From the NCBI GenBank assembly GCA_038888155.1, contig JAWAJB010000005.1, positions 1 through 62,933 of the forward strand: a stretch of 62,933 nucleotides of DNA, read 5' to 3'. Numbering within the stretch: position 1 is the first letter of the stretch; each line of letters begins with the position of its first letter. This document shows positions 18,915-29,432 of the stretch, piece after piece. The stretch comes from Desulfurococcaceae archaeon (GTDB lineage: Archaea; Thermoproteota; Thermoprotei_A; Sulfolobales; Desulfurococcaceae). The notes below the pieces were generated by a model. That model saw nothing but the letters and a program-made list of their open reading frames with translations, was not told the origin of the DNA and ran no database searches. A program made the translations under genes and the position numbers.

Positions 18915-20174
18915 TCATGTTTTTTGTTTTCTGTTCATTAAATCTACAGATTTGATGAGTAATTCCCTCATAAGTTTAGACATCAGGAAAGCGCTCGCCC
19001 TTTCTCTTGCATTTTTACCCATTTCATCTCTTTTTTCTCCATTTCGCACGAGTGACTTTATCGCATTAGCTGCTCCTTCGATGTCCTCTGGGCCATTCAG
19101 GTGAACTCCGTCAACGTTGTTTCGTATTAGCCATTTTTGACCGTAAACTGCACTAGTTATAACTGGTACACCGCCGTACATAAACTCAAGCTGCGTTAGA
19201 CCAAATGCCTCTAGCTTGGACATTATAATGTTTAAATAAGTGGCTTTAATTAGCGATGCCGTCATGTCTTCAGACAACTCTCCTGTTATAACAACATTCC
19301 CCGCATCCTTGGATTCGGAGATAATGTCATCCCACTGATCTCCAGGCCTACCAGCTATCACGAATAGAATTTCCCTTGTTGACCTCATTCTCTTGGCAAC
19401 TCTTACGACGGCGAGGGGATTTTTGCGCGTTTCCAGAGTGCCTAGATACGATATTAGTATCCTATTTTCAGGGATATCAAATTTCTCCAAGAAGGCAGTG
19501 GCATTTGCGTTATCAATTTTTTGCGCTAATTCATCGTCAAGACCGCCGGGAAATAAATGTATTTGCTCCTGTCTTGCACCAAGTGAAATCATTTCCTCTG
19601 CCTCGATCCCCGTTAGACAAATTATTAAAGAGGCAGCCCTGAATATTGATGGGAACGCGGAAATATTCCAAGCCATTCTATAAGTTCTCTCAACTAATGA
19701 ATATCGCGATGGATCGGGAGGTTGATAGTGCGACATGTGCCCATATATAGTATCTCTGGTCTCCTCTCCTAGCGAATTCATTAAGTTTTTCCACAATATC
19801 CACCTAGAGACTTCTTCAGGCGCGTTCCACAGAGTTGAGTGGGTTATAATGAGATCTACTCCAATGTTCTCATCAATATCCCTAAGCACAGAGATAAAGT
19901 CCCTCAAAACAATTCGCCTAGGCGGCCATAGTGTTTTTGAACTACTGACCCTTATAGTGGGGAGCCCCAAAACTGGGTCTTCTTTAAATATTACATACCC
20001 CCGCTCCAGCCTAGTTAATTCAACCTCGGGTAGCACAGGTTCGCTATCGTGGTAAATGCTCGTGATAAGCCATGCCTCGTGTCCTAGTTTAACAGCCCAT
20101 TTGACCATGCGCTGAGCGAGAAGCTCTTGTCCTTTCGATGTCGATGTCTGGTACATTACGGAGAAAAATTTCAT
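18915..20174 (-). CDS. GT4 glycosyltransferase
   Basis: RKN, EAFGLTQLE(F)M.GVPVI GT-B signature; overlaps the upstream gene (ATGA). Confidence 0.85.
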   Translation of the reverse strand: MKFFSVMYQTSTSKGQELLAQRMVKWAVKLGHEAWLITSIYHDSEPVLPEVELTRLERGYVIFKEDPVLGLPTIRVSSSKTLWPPRRIVLRDFISVLRDIDENIGVDLIITHSTLWNAPEEVSRWILWKNLMNSLGEETRDTIYGHMSHYQPPDPSRYSLVERTYRMAWNISAFPSIFRAASLIICLTGIEAEEMISLGARQEQIHLFPGGLDDELAQKIDNANATAFLEKFDIPENRILISYLGTLETRKNPLAVVRVAKRMRSTREILFVIAGRPGDQWDDIISESKDAGNVVITGELSEDMTASLIKATYLNIIMSKLEAFGLTQLEFMYGGVPVITSAVYGQKWLIRNNVDGVHLNGPEDIEGAANAIKSLVRNGEKRDEMGKNARERASAFLMSKLMRELLIKSVDLMNRKQKT

Positions 20175-20791
20175 TTTTTGAGAGCCTCTCTTATGATTTC
20201 GCTAATTGATATAACAACCATAATGATAATCAAACCCCAAACAACAGGCGTAATTAGCATCCAAAGAGTCTGAATAGGTATTCCGCCCTGCTCTAATGAG
20301 AACATCAGCACAACGATGTAGAGAATTACCCTTAGATACTCGGCAGCTGGTGCCATAGTAAACAGTGCGCTTTCTTTTTCCAGCTCGGAGCTCTTGTATA
20401 TGTAGCCAATAAATGAATCTACGAGTATGTAGCCCACTACAATGATAATAAATGCCCTCACAAAGCTATATAAGTAGCCGAGTAAGGAGCTGAATACATC
20501 GTACACATACCACAAAGCTAGCTGTTGCGACAAATACATTGCAGATAAGAAAAAGGATAGAATGTATATAACCCACGAGGCAACCATGCCGAAAAATTCG
20601 CTTGGGGCATACCCACTTCTAATAATAGCTCTCCCGATTGCAAATCTCTTGAACCACTCATTTACGCCAAGCCTAAAGATCAAATATGTCAAAGTCCTCT
20701 TAACGCCCTTGCCTATAATAAAGCCTGCTACAATTATCAAAGCTGAGATGAAAGTATTAACGAAGACCTCAAGCCACAAAAGCTGAGACAC
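20171..20791 (-). CDS. Membrane protein with MscS-type conserved TM helices (msc-like)
   Basis: About 5 TM helices; GTG start at 20791 preferred over 20884 (removes most of the overlap with the phosphatase); operon position as in the Thermoproteus tenax trehalose locus. Confidence 0.6.
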   Translation of the reverse strand: MSQLLWLEVFVNTFISALIIVAGFIIGKGVKRTLTYLIFRLGVNEWFKRFAIGRAIIRSGYAPSEFFGMVASWVIYILSFFLSAMYLSQQLALWYVYDVFSSLLGYLYSFVRAFIIIVVGYILVDSFIGYIYKSSELEKESALFTMAPAAEYLRVILYIVVLMFSLEQGGIPIQTLWMLITPVVWGLIIIMVVISISEIIREALKK

Positions 20792-21485
20792 TCCAAAGCC
20801 ACCTTGCCAGCTCCTCCAGTCTGACCCTGTACTTAATATACAGCGGATTAAAGTCTCTATTATAGTTATGCTCAACCAGTACACTTATATTTGATTCGCG
20901 AAAAGCTGGAATGTCGTTGTGGCTGTCCCCGAAATAAACCACCTTATCTACGCCCAGTAAAGCTTTGAGAATTCTCACTGAGTCTCCCTTATTTCTGCGA
21001 GATGCGTAAAAATCCACGAACCATAAGTTTGGATGATCGACAACATAGAGACCATAACTCTCAGCTTTGACGATCAAGTTTTCAATTTCAGCTGGCCTAG
21101 ACCCAAGGTCTCTCCAATTTAACGAGAGTCCCCCAATGTACCCTAAAATAGAGCGCTTTATTTCTACTTTGATTCCAAGCCTAGATGATTCTTCCATTAA
21201 CTCCTTAAAAGCACATGACAAAGAGCTGTTAATCAAAGATTCGTCTAAGATAATATAACCAGAGGCAATTACCTCACCGCCATTAATGCAACTAAGACCA
21301 TGAATGAAGTGCGGAACGTTCTTCTTAAGAAACCAGCAGTCCTTAGCACTAATGACCGCGATTTTATATTCATCGCTCAACTTGCAGAGAGCTCTTTTTA
21401 GATCTTCGCCTAATTTAGCACTCTCGGGACTTGCATCCAAAGGCGAGAGAGTACCATCGAAGTCAAAGAATAGACCAACGCGCAT
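20769..21485 (-). CDS. HAD-IIB phosphatase, trehalose-6-phosphate phosphatase-like
   Basis: FFDFDGTLSP, NGGE, EIK, NKG, GDSHND; stand-alone (no GT20 synthase domain). Confidence 0.75.
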   Translation of the reverse strand: MRVGLFFDFDGTLSPLDASPESAKLGEDLKRALCKLSDEYKIAVISAKDCWFLKKNVPHFIHGLSCINGGEVIASGYIILDESLINSSLSCAFKELMEESSRLGIKVEIKRSILGYIGGLSLNWRDLGSRPAEIENLIVKAESYGLYVVDHPNLWFVDFYASRRNKGDSVRILKALLGVDKVVYFGDSHNDIPAFRESNISVLVEHNYNRDFNPLYIKYRVRLEELARWLWSVSAFVA

Positions 21486-21582
21486 AATTACACCATTTTA
21501 ATGGTACTAATTTTTACTATTTTAATCTTAAATCTCAAGGTAATTGACTACATTTAGATGGTCGGGGTCTTTATGAGGCTTT

Positions 21583-22935
21583 TCACGCAATAATAGACAT
21601 GAAAATATCATTGACATTCGTTCCAGTAGTCCCTGTAATAATGCTCTGACCGAGCTGACTGAAAAAGCTAAAGCTGTCATTCTCTTCCAGATATCTAATG
21701 GGGTTTAATCCCTTACGCGTTGCTAGTTTTAGTGTTTCACTATCAACGATCGCCCCTGCAACTGGGCTGACGCCGTCAACTCCATCTGTAGCTAAACATG
21801 CTGCCACTGTATTAGGCAATGAATTAATATATGTTGCCAACGATAGGCACAGTTCTTGATTTCTCCCTCCTACACCACTTCCCTTAACGGTTACCACGGT
21901 CTCGCCTCCAGCTATAATAGCCGCAGGCTTATTTACCGGGACTCCATATGCGTGAACGCTTTTAATCACAGAGGCCAGAAATCTACCAGCTTCTCTAGCT
22001 TCTCCTTCAAGCATGGATGTTAAAATAACAGCCTTAAAACCTAGGCTTTCAAAATACTCAGCTAATAGCTTCAGGACCTTGGCATTGCTTAAGATAACAT
22101 AATTAAATACTTTGCTTGGCTGCAATTCCTCTAGCTCGAATGGGCTTTCCTGCACTTTCGGGTGCGTTTCATTAAGCAATTTTTTGACATTCGATAGTTC
22201 GCCGGACAGTCCATATTTTTGTAATATATTTTTCACTTCTCGAAGGCTTACCTGACTAGGAACTGTGGGACCTGAGGCTACAATCTCTATTTGATCTCCT
22301 ATGACATCGCTGACAATAAGAGAAATAGTGCTCTTTGAGTTAATGTATTTTAACAGTTTACCCCCTTTTACACGGGAAAGGTATTTACGCACACAATTGA
22401 GCTCATATATGTTAGCGCCGCGTCGCATCAGCTCCATTGAAATGCGTGCGATATCGTTTACTGAAATGCCGTCCTCTGGTACCTCAAAAAGGGAGGAACC
22501 GCCTCCAGAAACTAGTACTAAGACTATGTCCTTCTCGTTTATAGAATTCAGGTAGTCTAGCAACTGGGAGGAGGACCTCAATGTGTTGTAACTAGGAAGT
22601 GGGTGGTCCCCCCTTAGCAATTTAATCGGGCCAATATATCCCTCAGTATCAGGGGTAATTAATATTCCACCCGAAACGTAGTCTCCCACAACGTCATTAA
22701 CAGCCTCGCCCATTCTCCTGACCGCTTTTCCGAAACCTACAACATGTACCTTCCCCTCAAGACTAAACAGATCATTTCCAACCTTTAGCTTATTGTCATC
22801 TATCGTAAGATAATTAACAACTGCTTTATACGGATCAGCTACATCGAAAACATACTCAATTGCGCCTACAAGGATTTCGTGCAATCTGCTTCTAGTGAGG
22901 CTGTTCGCGTTTTTTACGCGCATTATGCTTACCAT
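21583..22935 (-). CDS. Glycerate 2-kinase (MOFRL family)
   Basis: GFGKA, HPLP, SGGGSSL, KGG, SDVIGD..ASGPT, GGET, GGRNQE, TDGVDG, TGTNVND. Confidence 0.92.
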   Translation of the reverse strand: MVSIMRVKNANSLTRSRLHEILVGAIEYVFDVADPYKAVVNYLTIDDNKLKVGNDLFSLEGKVHVVGFGKAVRRMGEAVNDVVGDYVSGGILITPDTEGYIGPIKLLRGDHPLPSYNTLRSSSQLLDYLNSINEKDIVLVLVSGGGSSLFEVPEDGISVNDIARISMELMRRGANIYELNCVRKYLSRVKGGKLLKYINSKSTISLIVSDVIGDQIEIVASGPTVPSQVSLREVKNILQKYGLSGELSNVKKLLNETHPKVQESPFELEELQPSKVFNYVILSNAKVLKLLAEYFESLGFKAVILTSMLEGEAREAGRFLASVIKSVHAYGVPVNKPAAIIAGGETVVTVKGSGVGGRNQELCLSLATYINSLPNTVAACLATDGVDGVSPVAGAIVDSETLKLATRKGLNPIRYLEENDSFSFFSQLGQSIITGTTGTNVNDIFMSIIA

Positions 22936-23019
22936 AGTACCGATAGCTCTAGAGGGATAATAAATCCTAAATAACCGTTTCTAGTAAGGGGTTTCTATAA
23001 GCCCTTTAAGGTATAACTA

Positions 23020-23910
23020 TCAATTTTCAATTTCATGTAGTAGCCTTTTATAAGTTCGCGGCTCTTTTCGCTCAGCTACGAATTCAACAACTTTATGCTT
23101 AAATCTGGGATCTAAACTTCTGATTTCCTTTTCAATTTGACTAGATAACTTCTCTAGGACCTCTACGTCTTTATCCTTATCAACCTCTACCTCCAACACG
23201 AGCATGTATTCATCTTCGGTCATCATTATCGCATTAAATATATTTACATCTCCAATTTCATGAATGGAAAGCACTCTCTCCAGGACAGTCTTCAAAATAA
23301 TCCTTGGCGGAGCTCTGCCTATTAGTATTAAAAAGTATCTGTAGCCCATTGTCGCAGCTGAGATTAAAATTATGAATGAAAGTAATATGCTTCCAATGAC
23401 ATTCACCAAATAATTTCGTAGCAATACAGATGAAAGAGCTATTGTGCTCCCAGATATGTCTCCCATCGAATCTATTAATCCGCTGACAATAGAGGGATCC
23501 CTGTGGTTGCTACTCTTAATGTTGAAATACATAATTATTAAACTAGCTAAGTTGACTATGAAGGCAACAATGAACATATATAATGAGTATGCGTGCACCA
23601 CGAGATCGTCTTGCTCTTGGGCTAGTTTACTTATTTTAATTAAAGCTACTGTGAAAATTAATCCGCTAAATATAGACATCGAAATTAAACCCATCACGTA
23701 AAGCGCTCTACGCCTGCCGTAAGGGTAGACAATACTCTTTTTCTTCTTCTCAAAGCTCAATCCAATCAACGGTAACCCGAGACCAACCGCGTCGCCAACA
23801 TCGTTAAGCAAATCAATAAACACGCTTGTAGAATTAGTGCCTGTGATGCTTATTCCCTTTAGTAAAGCAGACAGTGAATTTATAATAAAAAGAGCTGTTA
23901 TTGGATGCAA
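23020..23910 (-). CDS. Cation diffusion facilitator, atypical ND-DD site
   Basis: 6 TM, YPYG loop, C-terminal cytosolic domain; TM2 NDVGD and TM5 DSMGD. Confidence 0.75.
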   Translation of the reverse strand: MHPITALFIINSLSALLKGISITGTNSTSVFIDLLNDVGDAVGLGLPLIGLSFEKKKKSIVYPYGRRRALYVMGLISMSIFSGLIFTVALIKISKLAQEQDDLVVHAYSLYMFIVAFIVNLASLIIMYFNIKSSNHRDPSIVSGLIDSMGDISGSTIALSSVLLRNYLVNVIGSILLSFIILISAATMGYRYFLILIGRAPPRIILKTVLERVLSIHEIGDVNIFNAIMMTEDEYMLVLEVEVDKDKDVEVLEKLSSQIEKEIRSLDPRFKHKVVEFVAERKEPRTYKRLLHEIEN

Positions 23911-24487
23911 ATCTCAGCAGTCACCAGCCTGGATATACAACCAATGTCAACTTTTTAAAGTTTGTCTAAATTAAGTCCTAATGAATGGATGGAGGTAGTA
24001 AACGGTAAGTATGAGTTTCGTTCCACTTAATCATTCCCCGAGATAACTCGTCCGATTTTTAGTAAAATGATCAAACTTATGCGCGGTATCCTTAGCGTAT
24101 TGCAAAGCTATTTTTGCTAAATTGAACTCGTGATCTGATTAATTGTAAAGTCACTACTTGCCCAAGATTATAATAGTGGATTTCCTAAAATCTAAAATCC
24201 CAAGTGCATTTTGAAGACAGACGAAGGGCGTACTCAGTCATGTTAGGAATGTCAAAATTAAATTATCTGAGGAATTTAATAAGTTAATTTTGGCGAATGG
24301 AAGACGCCATGTATGTATGAGATTAGACATAGCGTGATGAATTACATTACATAATAGAAGAATAGCACAATTATTATCCCCATTTATACATTTCTAGCCA
24401 TTTACCTCATGGAATGCATCCTATTGAAGAGGGGTAACAAAAAGTGCAAAGCTTCAATGCAATAAGGCGAGGAGCAAGTTAAGTCAG

Positions 24488-25519
24488 TCAATCCAAGTGA
24501 TGTTTTAGGACTCTTAATGCGTTTAAATGCGTTATTTTTTGTATATCTCCCTCAGTAAAGCCTTTTTCAAGCAATTTACTGTAAAGTAACGATAATTTGC
24601 CTATGTTGTCTAGGCTCTCTGGGGACGGCAAGCCGAGCAGTCCAAGAAAATCTGTTCCTATAGCTAAAATGTCTACACTAAAGGATTCCTTAATGTAAGT
24701 GAAGTGTTTAGCTAGGTCATCGAGAGTGGGCTTAGGGGCATTGGATACTAGCACCCCTATAACAGAGATTCCTATTAGACCTCCGCTTTTATAAATAAGC
24801 TCTAACACTTCGTCATCAATATTTCTCTTTTTATCTACAATTGCTTTTACATTGGCATGACTTATAATAACTGGTTTCTTTGAGACCTGAAGGGCGTCAA
24901 GAGCAGTTCTCTTACTTGAGTGGGCAAGATCAATTACTATGCCAAGTTTGTTTGCCATTTTGATTAGATCCTCGCCTTCACTCGTTAGACCTACATCTTT
25001 CCTTGCAGCACAACCGGTAGCGTATTTATTCGTGTAGTTCCAGGTTAAACCAAGGCTTCTAAGTCCCATTCTTTTTAAAAGAACCAGATCGTATGGATCA
25101 TCAATGGGCTCTGCGCCTTCGAGATGGAGGATAAAACACAGCCCTTCTCCCTTTATACACCTTTCCAAATCGCTAAAGTTTTCAACCAGTTTTATTCCGT
25201 ATGCTTCCATGAGCTTGTAATATATAGTGAAGTGCTCCCAGATAACGGTTTGGGGGACTCTATATTTTATTGCAGGTAACCATTTTCCATAAAGCTCCTT
25301 TAATCCTTTGGATTCCTCGTAGCTGTAGCTCTCAATGCCTGGAAAAACTGAAGCAAAAATGCAGCGGACATTGGACTTGCGATACTTGGGAAGATCGGCA
25401 TCGCGCCCTAGGATATCTTCATTAAAGTCTCCGAGTGGCAATCCCCCTCCATGCATCATATAGTACCCGGAAATATCTTCGTGTAAATCTATGACGGGTG
25501 GAAGATCCTTTTGGCTCAT
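24488..25519 (-). CDS. Membrane dipeptidase family M19 (renal dipeptidase-like)
   Basis: DLHED, LHLEG, LTWN..N, DLAH, SHAN, RNIDD, GTDF, NALRV. Confidence 0.9.
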   Translation of the reverse strand: MSQKDLPPVIDLHEDISGYYMMHGGGLPLGDFNEDILGRDADLPKYRKSNVRCIFASVFPGIESYSYEESKGLKELYGKWLPAIKYRVPQTVIWEHFTIYYKLMEAYGIKLVENFSDLERCIKGEGLCFILHLEGAEPIDDPYDLVLLKRMGLRSLGLTWNYTNKYATGCAARKDVGLTSEGEDLIKMANKLGIVIDLAHSSKRTALDALQVSKKPVIISHANVKAIVDKKRNIDDEVLELIYKSGGLIGISVIGVLVSNAPKPTLDDLAKHFTYIKESFSVDILAIGTDFLGLLGLPSPESLDNIGKLSLLYSKLLEKGFTEGDIQKITHLNALRVLKHHLD

Positions 25520-25711
25520 AAGTTATACACCGACTATAAATACGGCGAAATGAGATTAATAACAAGTTCTCAAACTAATGAGCTACGCGATAGAGTTGCG
25601 TATCTATAACCGAAAGTGTAAACTCTGTTATCATAGTTGCACTATTAATTTTAATTGATACGCTTGATCTCAATCGATATGCTCAAATAAAACTAAAATT
25701 GTATGATAACG

Positions 25712-26617
25712 TCAATCAACATGACCTTCCACGCGCTCAGATGGCTCCACATGCACTGTTACTTCATAACCTAGCTTCTCCCTTATGCCGTTCTCAATAG
25801 CAGTTGCTACATCGTGGGCCTCTTTGAGCGTTATACTGCCAGGTAAATTGATGTGTAGCGTTACCTCAACGTGTTCGCCGTATCTGTGGAAGTGAACGTG
25901 GTGTACTTCAGCTGGTTTCCTATATACCTCTCCTATTACTGTAATAAGCCTGTCTAACTCTATTTTGCGGGGGGCTTTACCAAGTACTTCGCTTGATGCC
26001 TCGTACAATACCTTACCTGCAGTTGCGAAAATTAACAGAGAGACGCATATACCCAATGCGCCATCGAGCCACCAGTAGTCCCTTCCCATGTATATTGTTA
26101 ATGTAAGGAGACCACTAGCAAAGGTGTCACTTGCGTGGTGCAAAGCGTCTGCTTTAATCGGCTGACTGGAGTGCCTAGTTCCAAGTTTGTAAGCCCATAC
26201 AGTCATAGCTAGCTTAATGCCCGTTGATATAGAGAGAACGAGCACCAATAGACCGGAGTAAATTAAGGAAATTCCGGAGAGCAACTTTTCATAGCTCGAT
26301 ATAGTGAAATCGTACGCTATCACGCCGAGCAGTACTCCAATTACAAGACCGCCTATTGATTCTGCCCTACCGTGACCAAAGGGATGTTCCTTATCCGGCG
26401 GCCTATCCGCGATTTTATATCCCATTATTAAAACAACAGAAGTGAGTGAATCCGATAGCGTATGAAAGGAGTCAGCTACAACTGCTATTGAATTAAATAA
26501 CACTCCAACGTGATATTTTAAAAAGAAAAGCAAAGTATTAGATAGAATAGATAAGATTCCTTCAAGGTATGCGGCCCTCTTCTTTAACCCCCAATTGCTC
26601 AACTCCATTTCTAACAC
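25712..26617 (-). CDS. Cation diffusion facilitator (FieF/CzcD-like, HD-HD site)
   Basis: DSFHTLSD, PPDKEHPFGHGRAE, HHASD, His-rich C-terminal domain, VHVEP. Confidence 0.92.
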   Translation of the reverse strand: MLEMELSNWGLKKRAAYLEGILSILSNTLLFFLKYHVGVLFNSIAVVADSFHTLSDSLTSVVLIMGYKIADRPPDKEHPFGHGRAESIGGLVIGVLLGVIAYDFTISSYEKLLSGISLIYSGLLVLVLSISTGIKLAMTVWAYKLGTRHSSQPIKADALHHASDTFASGLLTLTIYMGRDYWWLDGALGICVSLLIFATAGKVLYEASSEVLGKAPRKIELDRLITVIGEVYRKPAEVHHVHFHRYGEHVEVTLHINLPGSITLKEAHDVATAIENGIREKLGYEVTVHVEPSERVEGHVD

Positions 26618-27040
26618 TAAATGACTTCTGCAAATTGTTATGAACAGAGGACTTATATATCTGGGCTATAAATTTAGAGGAATCTTAATTTTCCTAGCTT
26701 TAAGTCCACATCGCTTAACTGAGCATCGAATGTAAACCTCATTTTATTCTTATTTAAGCGCCAACTTTTCACCTGCGGAATTATTAGTAGGCGTAAGAAC
26801 CTCTATAATTTGGCTCGAGACCACATTGTTAAAGATTCGATGTGTTCGATTGAGTAGAGCGGGCGAATTTGAATGCCTTTAACAGGTCTTATGTTGTTAA
26901 GTTAATAGAAACAAATACCATGTACATTTATCTGGTGATTGCTGTCCCTTCAATAGATATTGATTTTCAAGTAAATGAGATGCATCTTACTCGACTCCGA
27001 AGTCTAAACAAAGTAATGCGGTTTTATAATAATTTTCCAA

Positions 27041-27874
27041 CTAGCTAAGATCTTCTTGTTGTATTTTCATCTCAAGTTTACTCACATAAGAAATCAACAC
27101 GGACACTTGTTGATTTAATGACGCAATTGTGCTTTGGAGAGCTTTGAATTGTTGTTCGAGCAATTTCACGTGCTCTATTAGTTTTCTAGCTTCTTCTAGG
27201 GCGCTTCTTACGCTTTCCCTATGAAGTATTATTTGGGCTATTCGCCTAATGTTTCCGTACTTATTTACCCACTTTGGTATAATTCCTTGCCTTTTCAGAT
27301 CCTCTATTTTCTTAGCTAGAGAGGGTATATCAAGGTTTAGCTTATCAGCTGCCTCATCTATATTTGATGAAGTATAAACTGCGTCTAGAAGTTCACAGTG
27401 CTCTAATTTGAGTTGCACGCTATACCCATAGAAGAGCTCTAAATAATCTGTAAGCGTCTCCTCAATAACCTCTCTTACAATAGTATAGAGCTCTTCGTTT
27501 TCCACTAGAAATATATCAGAGAGCAGTATAGTTTTTATTTCTAGTTTTTCGGCTAGCTCGCGTGCAGCCTCGTCTGCGAAGCCTTTGCATACAACCATTG
27601 GCTTGGCCCCTGCGAGAAGAGAGTTTACGTAGGCTTGTCTAATTCCGCCAATATCTAGCCGACCCGCTTTGACCTCTACTGCATACAAGTTGCCGCTATC
27701 ATCCGCTGCTATGACATCCACTTCTCCGACAACAATTCCGTTTAATTCTACGCGTTTGTTAGTTTCAATTACTCTATAGCCTAGTTCCTCGAGAACGCTT
27801 AGCGCAATTCTCTCGCTGGCAACTTTTTTCCTCTGTGAAGATACATTCTTCGCCGAGGACCCCTCCCTGCTCAT
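27041..27874 (-). CDS. PD-(D/E)XK nuclease-domain protein with HTH-like and coiled-coil C-terminus
   Basis: E..A...LEELGY, GEVDVIA, VEVKAG, Q...Y; heptad-rich tail; ATG 27874 or GTG 27895 start. Confidence 0.7.
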   Translation of the reverse strand: MSREGSSAKNVSSQRKKVASERIALSVLEELGYRVIETNKRVELNGIVVGEVDVIAADDSGNLYAVEVKAGRLDIGGIRQAYVNSLLAGAKPMVVCKGFADEAARELAEKLEIKTILLSDIFLVENEELYTIVREVIEETLTDYLELFYGYSVQLKLEHCELLDAVYTSSNIDEAADKLNLDIPSLAKKIEDLKRQGIIPKWVNKYGNIRRIAQIILHRESVRSALEEARKLIEHVKLLEQQFKALQSTIASLNQQVSVLISYVSKLEMKIQQEDLS

Positions 27875-28148
27875 CGTGAGTAACCCGCCAAACACGTTAG
27901 ATGGTTTTGCTTATGCATTAATACCTTAATAACTGCTTGAACAACTGCTATAGCTCTCTTCGGCTACACTGTATTGCCTAAATTTCAATTATTTACGTAA
28001 TAAACTTATGGCTCATTTTGATTGGTTCGATTCAAACAGCATTAGAGAGTACAAGGGAAAACCTAACTTATAAACTAAGAAAACCTATATGTAAACTCAC
28101 TAGTTGGTTGTCAAAACTTATAGCCGCTGTACTTGCCCCCGCTAGCAC

Positions 28149-29117
28149 TTAACTGAGCTTAAACCTCTCCTCTTTCCAAACTCTTCCGCGTGGATGATAT
28201 CCAAGCGATTCCCAATAGCCATCAGAGTACTTACCTGTGAATACTAACCTGGATACCCATTTTGCACTCTTCCAACCGTAAAGATGGGGAAATATAAGCC
28301 TAGCGGGATACCCATGTAGTATATCGAGGGGCTGACCATTCATTTCAAGGGCAACGAGAGACTTGGACTTGTTGAGCTCTGCATATGGGACTATCGTAGA
28401 GTACTTGTCCAGGCTCTCAGCGTAAATCCATTCAACATCTTTCTTTGGTCTTACAAGCTCAACTATCTTGAAAAGTGGAGTCCCAGCAAAGTTGACAGAC
28501 CTGACGCTCCAGCCTGTAACGCAGTGAAAATCTGTAGTTATTTCTTCAATTCCAAGTTTGTAGAGGTCCGTTAATGTTAGTTCTATCGGATTTTCCACTT
28601 CTCCTTCGACTTTTAAGGACCAGCTAGAGGCGTCTACTTCAGGAACGCCCAAAATGGTGTAAATTACGGGTATATCGATGAAGTATTGACCTGGAGGGGC
28701 TCCAGACTCAACCGAACTACTTGCTGCATGCCCCTCTACCATATCTCTCCCCGGTGAGTACTTTTCTGCCCGTCTGCTCAAAGATTTATCTATGCCCTCT
28801 GGGATAGTGTATAGTACTCTTATAACGTTTTGACCTCTAGCAACTACTCTAACACCCAAATAGCGCGTATCGCTAATGTAGATCCTAAATCCGTGTAGTG
28901 TATGTGTATAGCCAATGGGCTCGTTTGACTCAAAGGCGATTAGGCCTTTTATATCCTTGAAAACTAACGAGAAAACTGTTGATACTAGTTCGCGCAAATC
29001 ACTGATCCTATTTGTAGCAAAGCCCTCAATAGCGCAGTCCACTACGCTTTTAACGCCCTTCTTAATTAAGCCCCCACTAATTGTTTCGTAGCAACGTGTG
29101 ATCTCCAGCTTAACCAC
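28149..29117 (-). CDS. Sulfite-oxidase-family molybdopterin oxidoreductase with unknown N-terminal domain
   Basis: PPGQ, W.L.V.G.V, DFHCVTGWS (Mo-ligating Cys), HGYPARL..P.LYGWKSAKW, GYWE.LGYH.RG. Confidence 0.88.
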   Translation of the reverse strand: MVKLEITRCYETISGGLIKKGVKSVVDCAIEGFATNRISDLRELVSTVFSLVFKDIKGLIAFESNEPIGYTHTLHGFRIYISDTRYLGVRVVARGQNVIRVLYTIPEGIDKSLSRRAEKYSPGRDMVEGHAASSSVESGAPPGQYFIDIPVIYTILGVPEVDASSWSLKVEGEVENPIELTLTDLYKLGIEEITTDFHCVTGWSVRSVNFAGTPLFKIVELVRPKKDVEWIYAESLDKYSTIVPYAELNKSKSLVALEMNGQPLDILHGYPARLIFPHLYGWKSAKWVSRLVFTGKYSDGYWESLGYHPRGRVWKEERFKLS

Positions 29118-29432
29118 CCCGAATCCTAATATATTTTTGAGATGTTGTTGTATTTAAGTAATTGTGATCGCTAAATTTCAATTAGAGGATCATTTTAGAA
29201 ATTGATTCACGATTTTACGGCCGGTGTGAAATGTCTAATGTAACAATTGGGAAAGGGGCCAATGTCCTTTGATAATTGCAAGTGAAATTATAACACGGGG
29301 ACAAAATCCAATACATTTACGTTTTATTTGGGTGAGGTCTAATTGCAATGGATTTAACTAAGTGTATGTCATTTTCCATAGTCGGAGTTTAATATTTGTT
29401 TCTAAGATTATTGTAACCTAAACGCTCAATAA

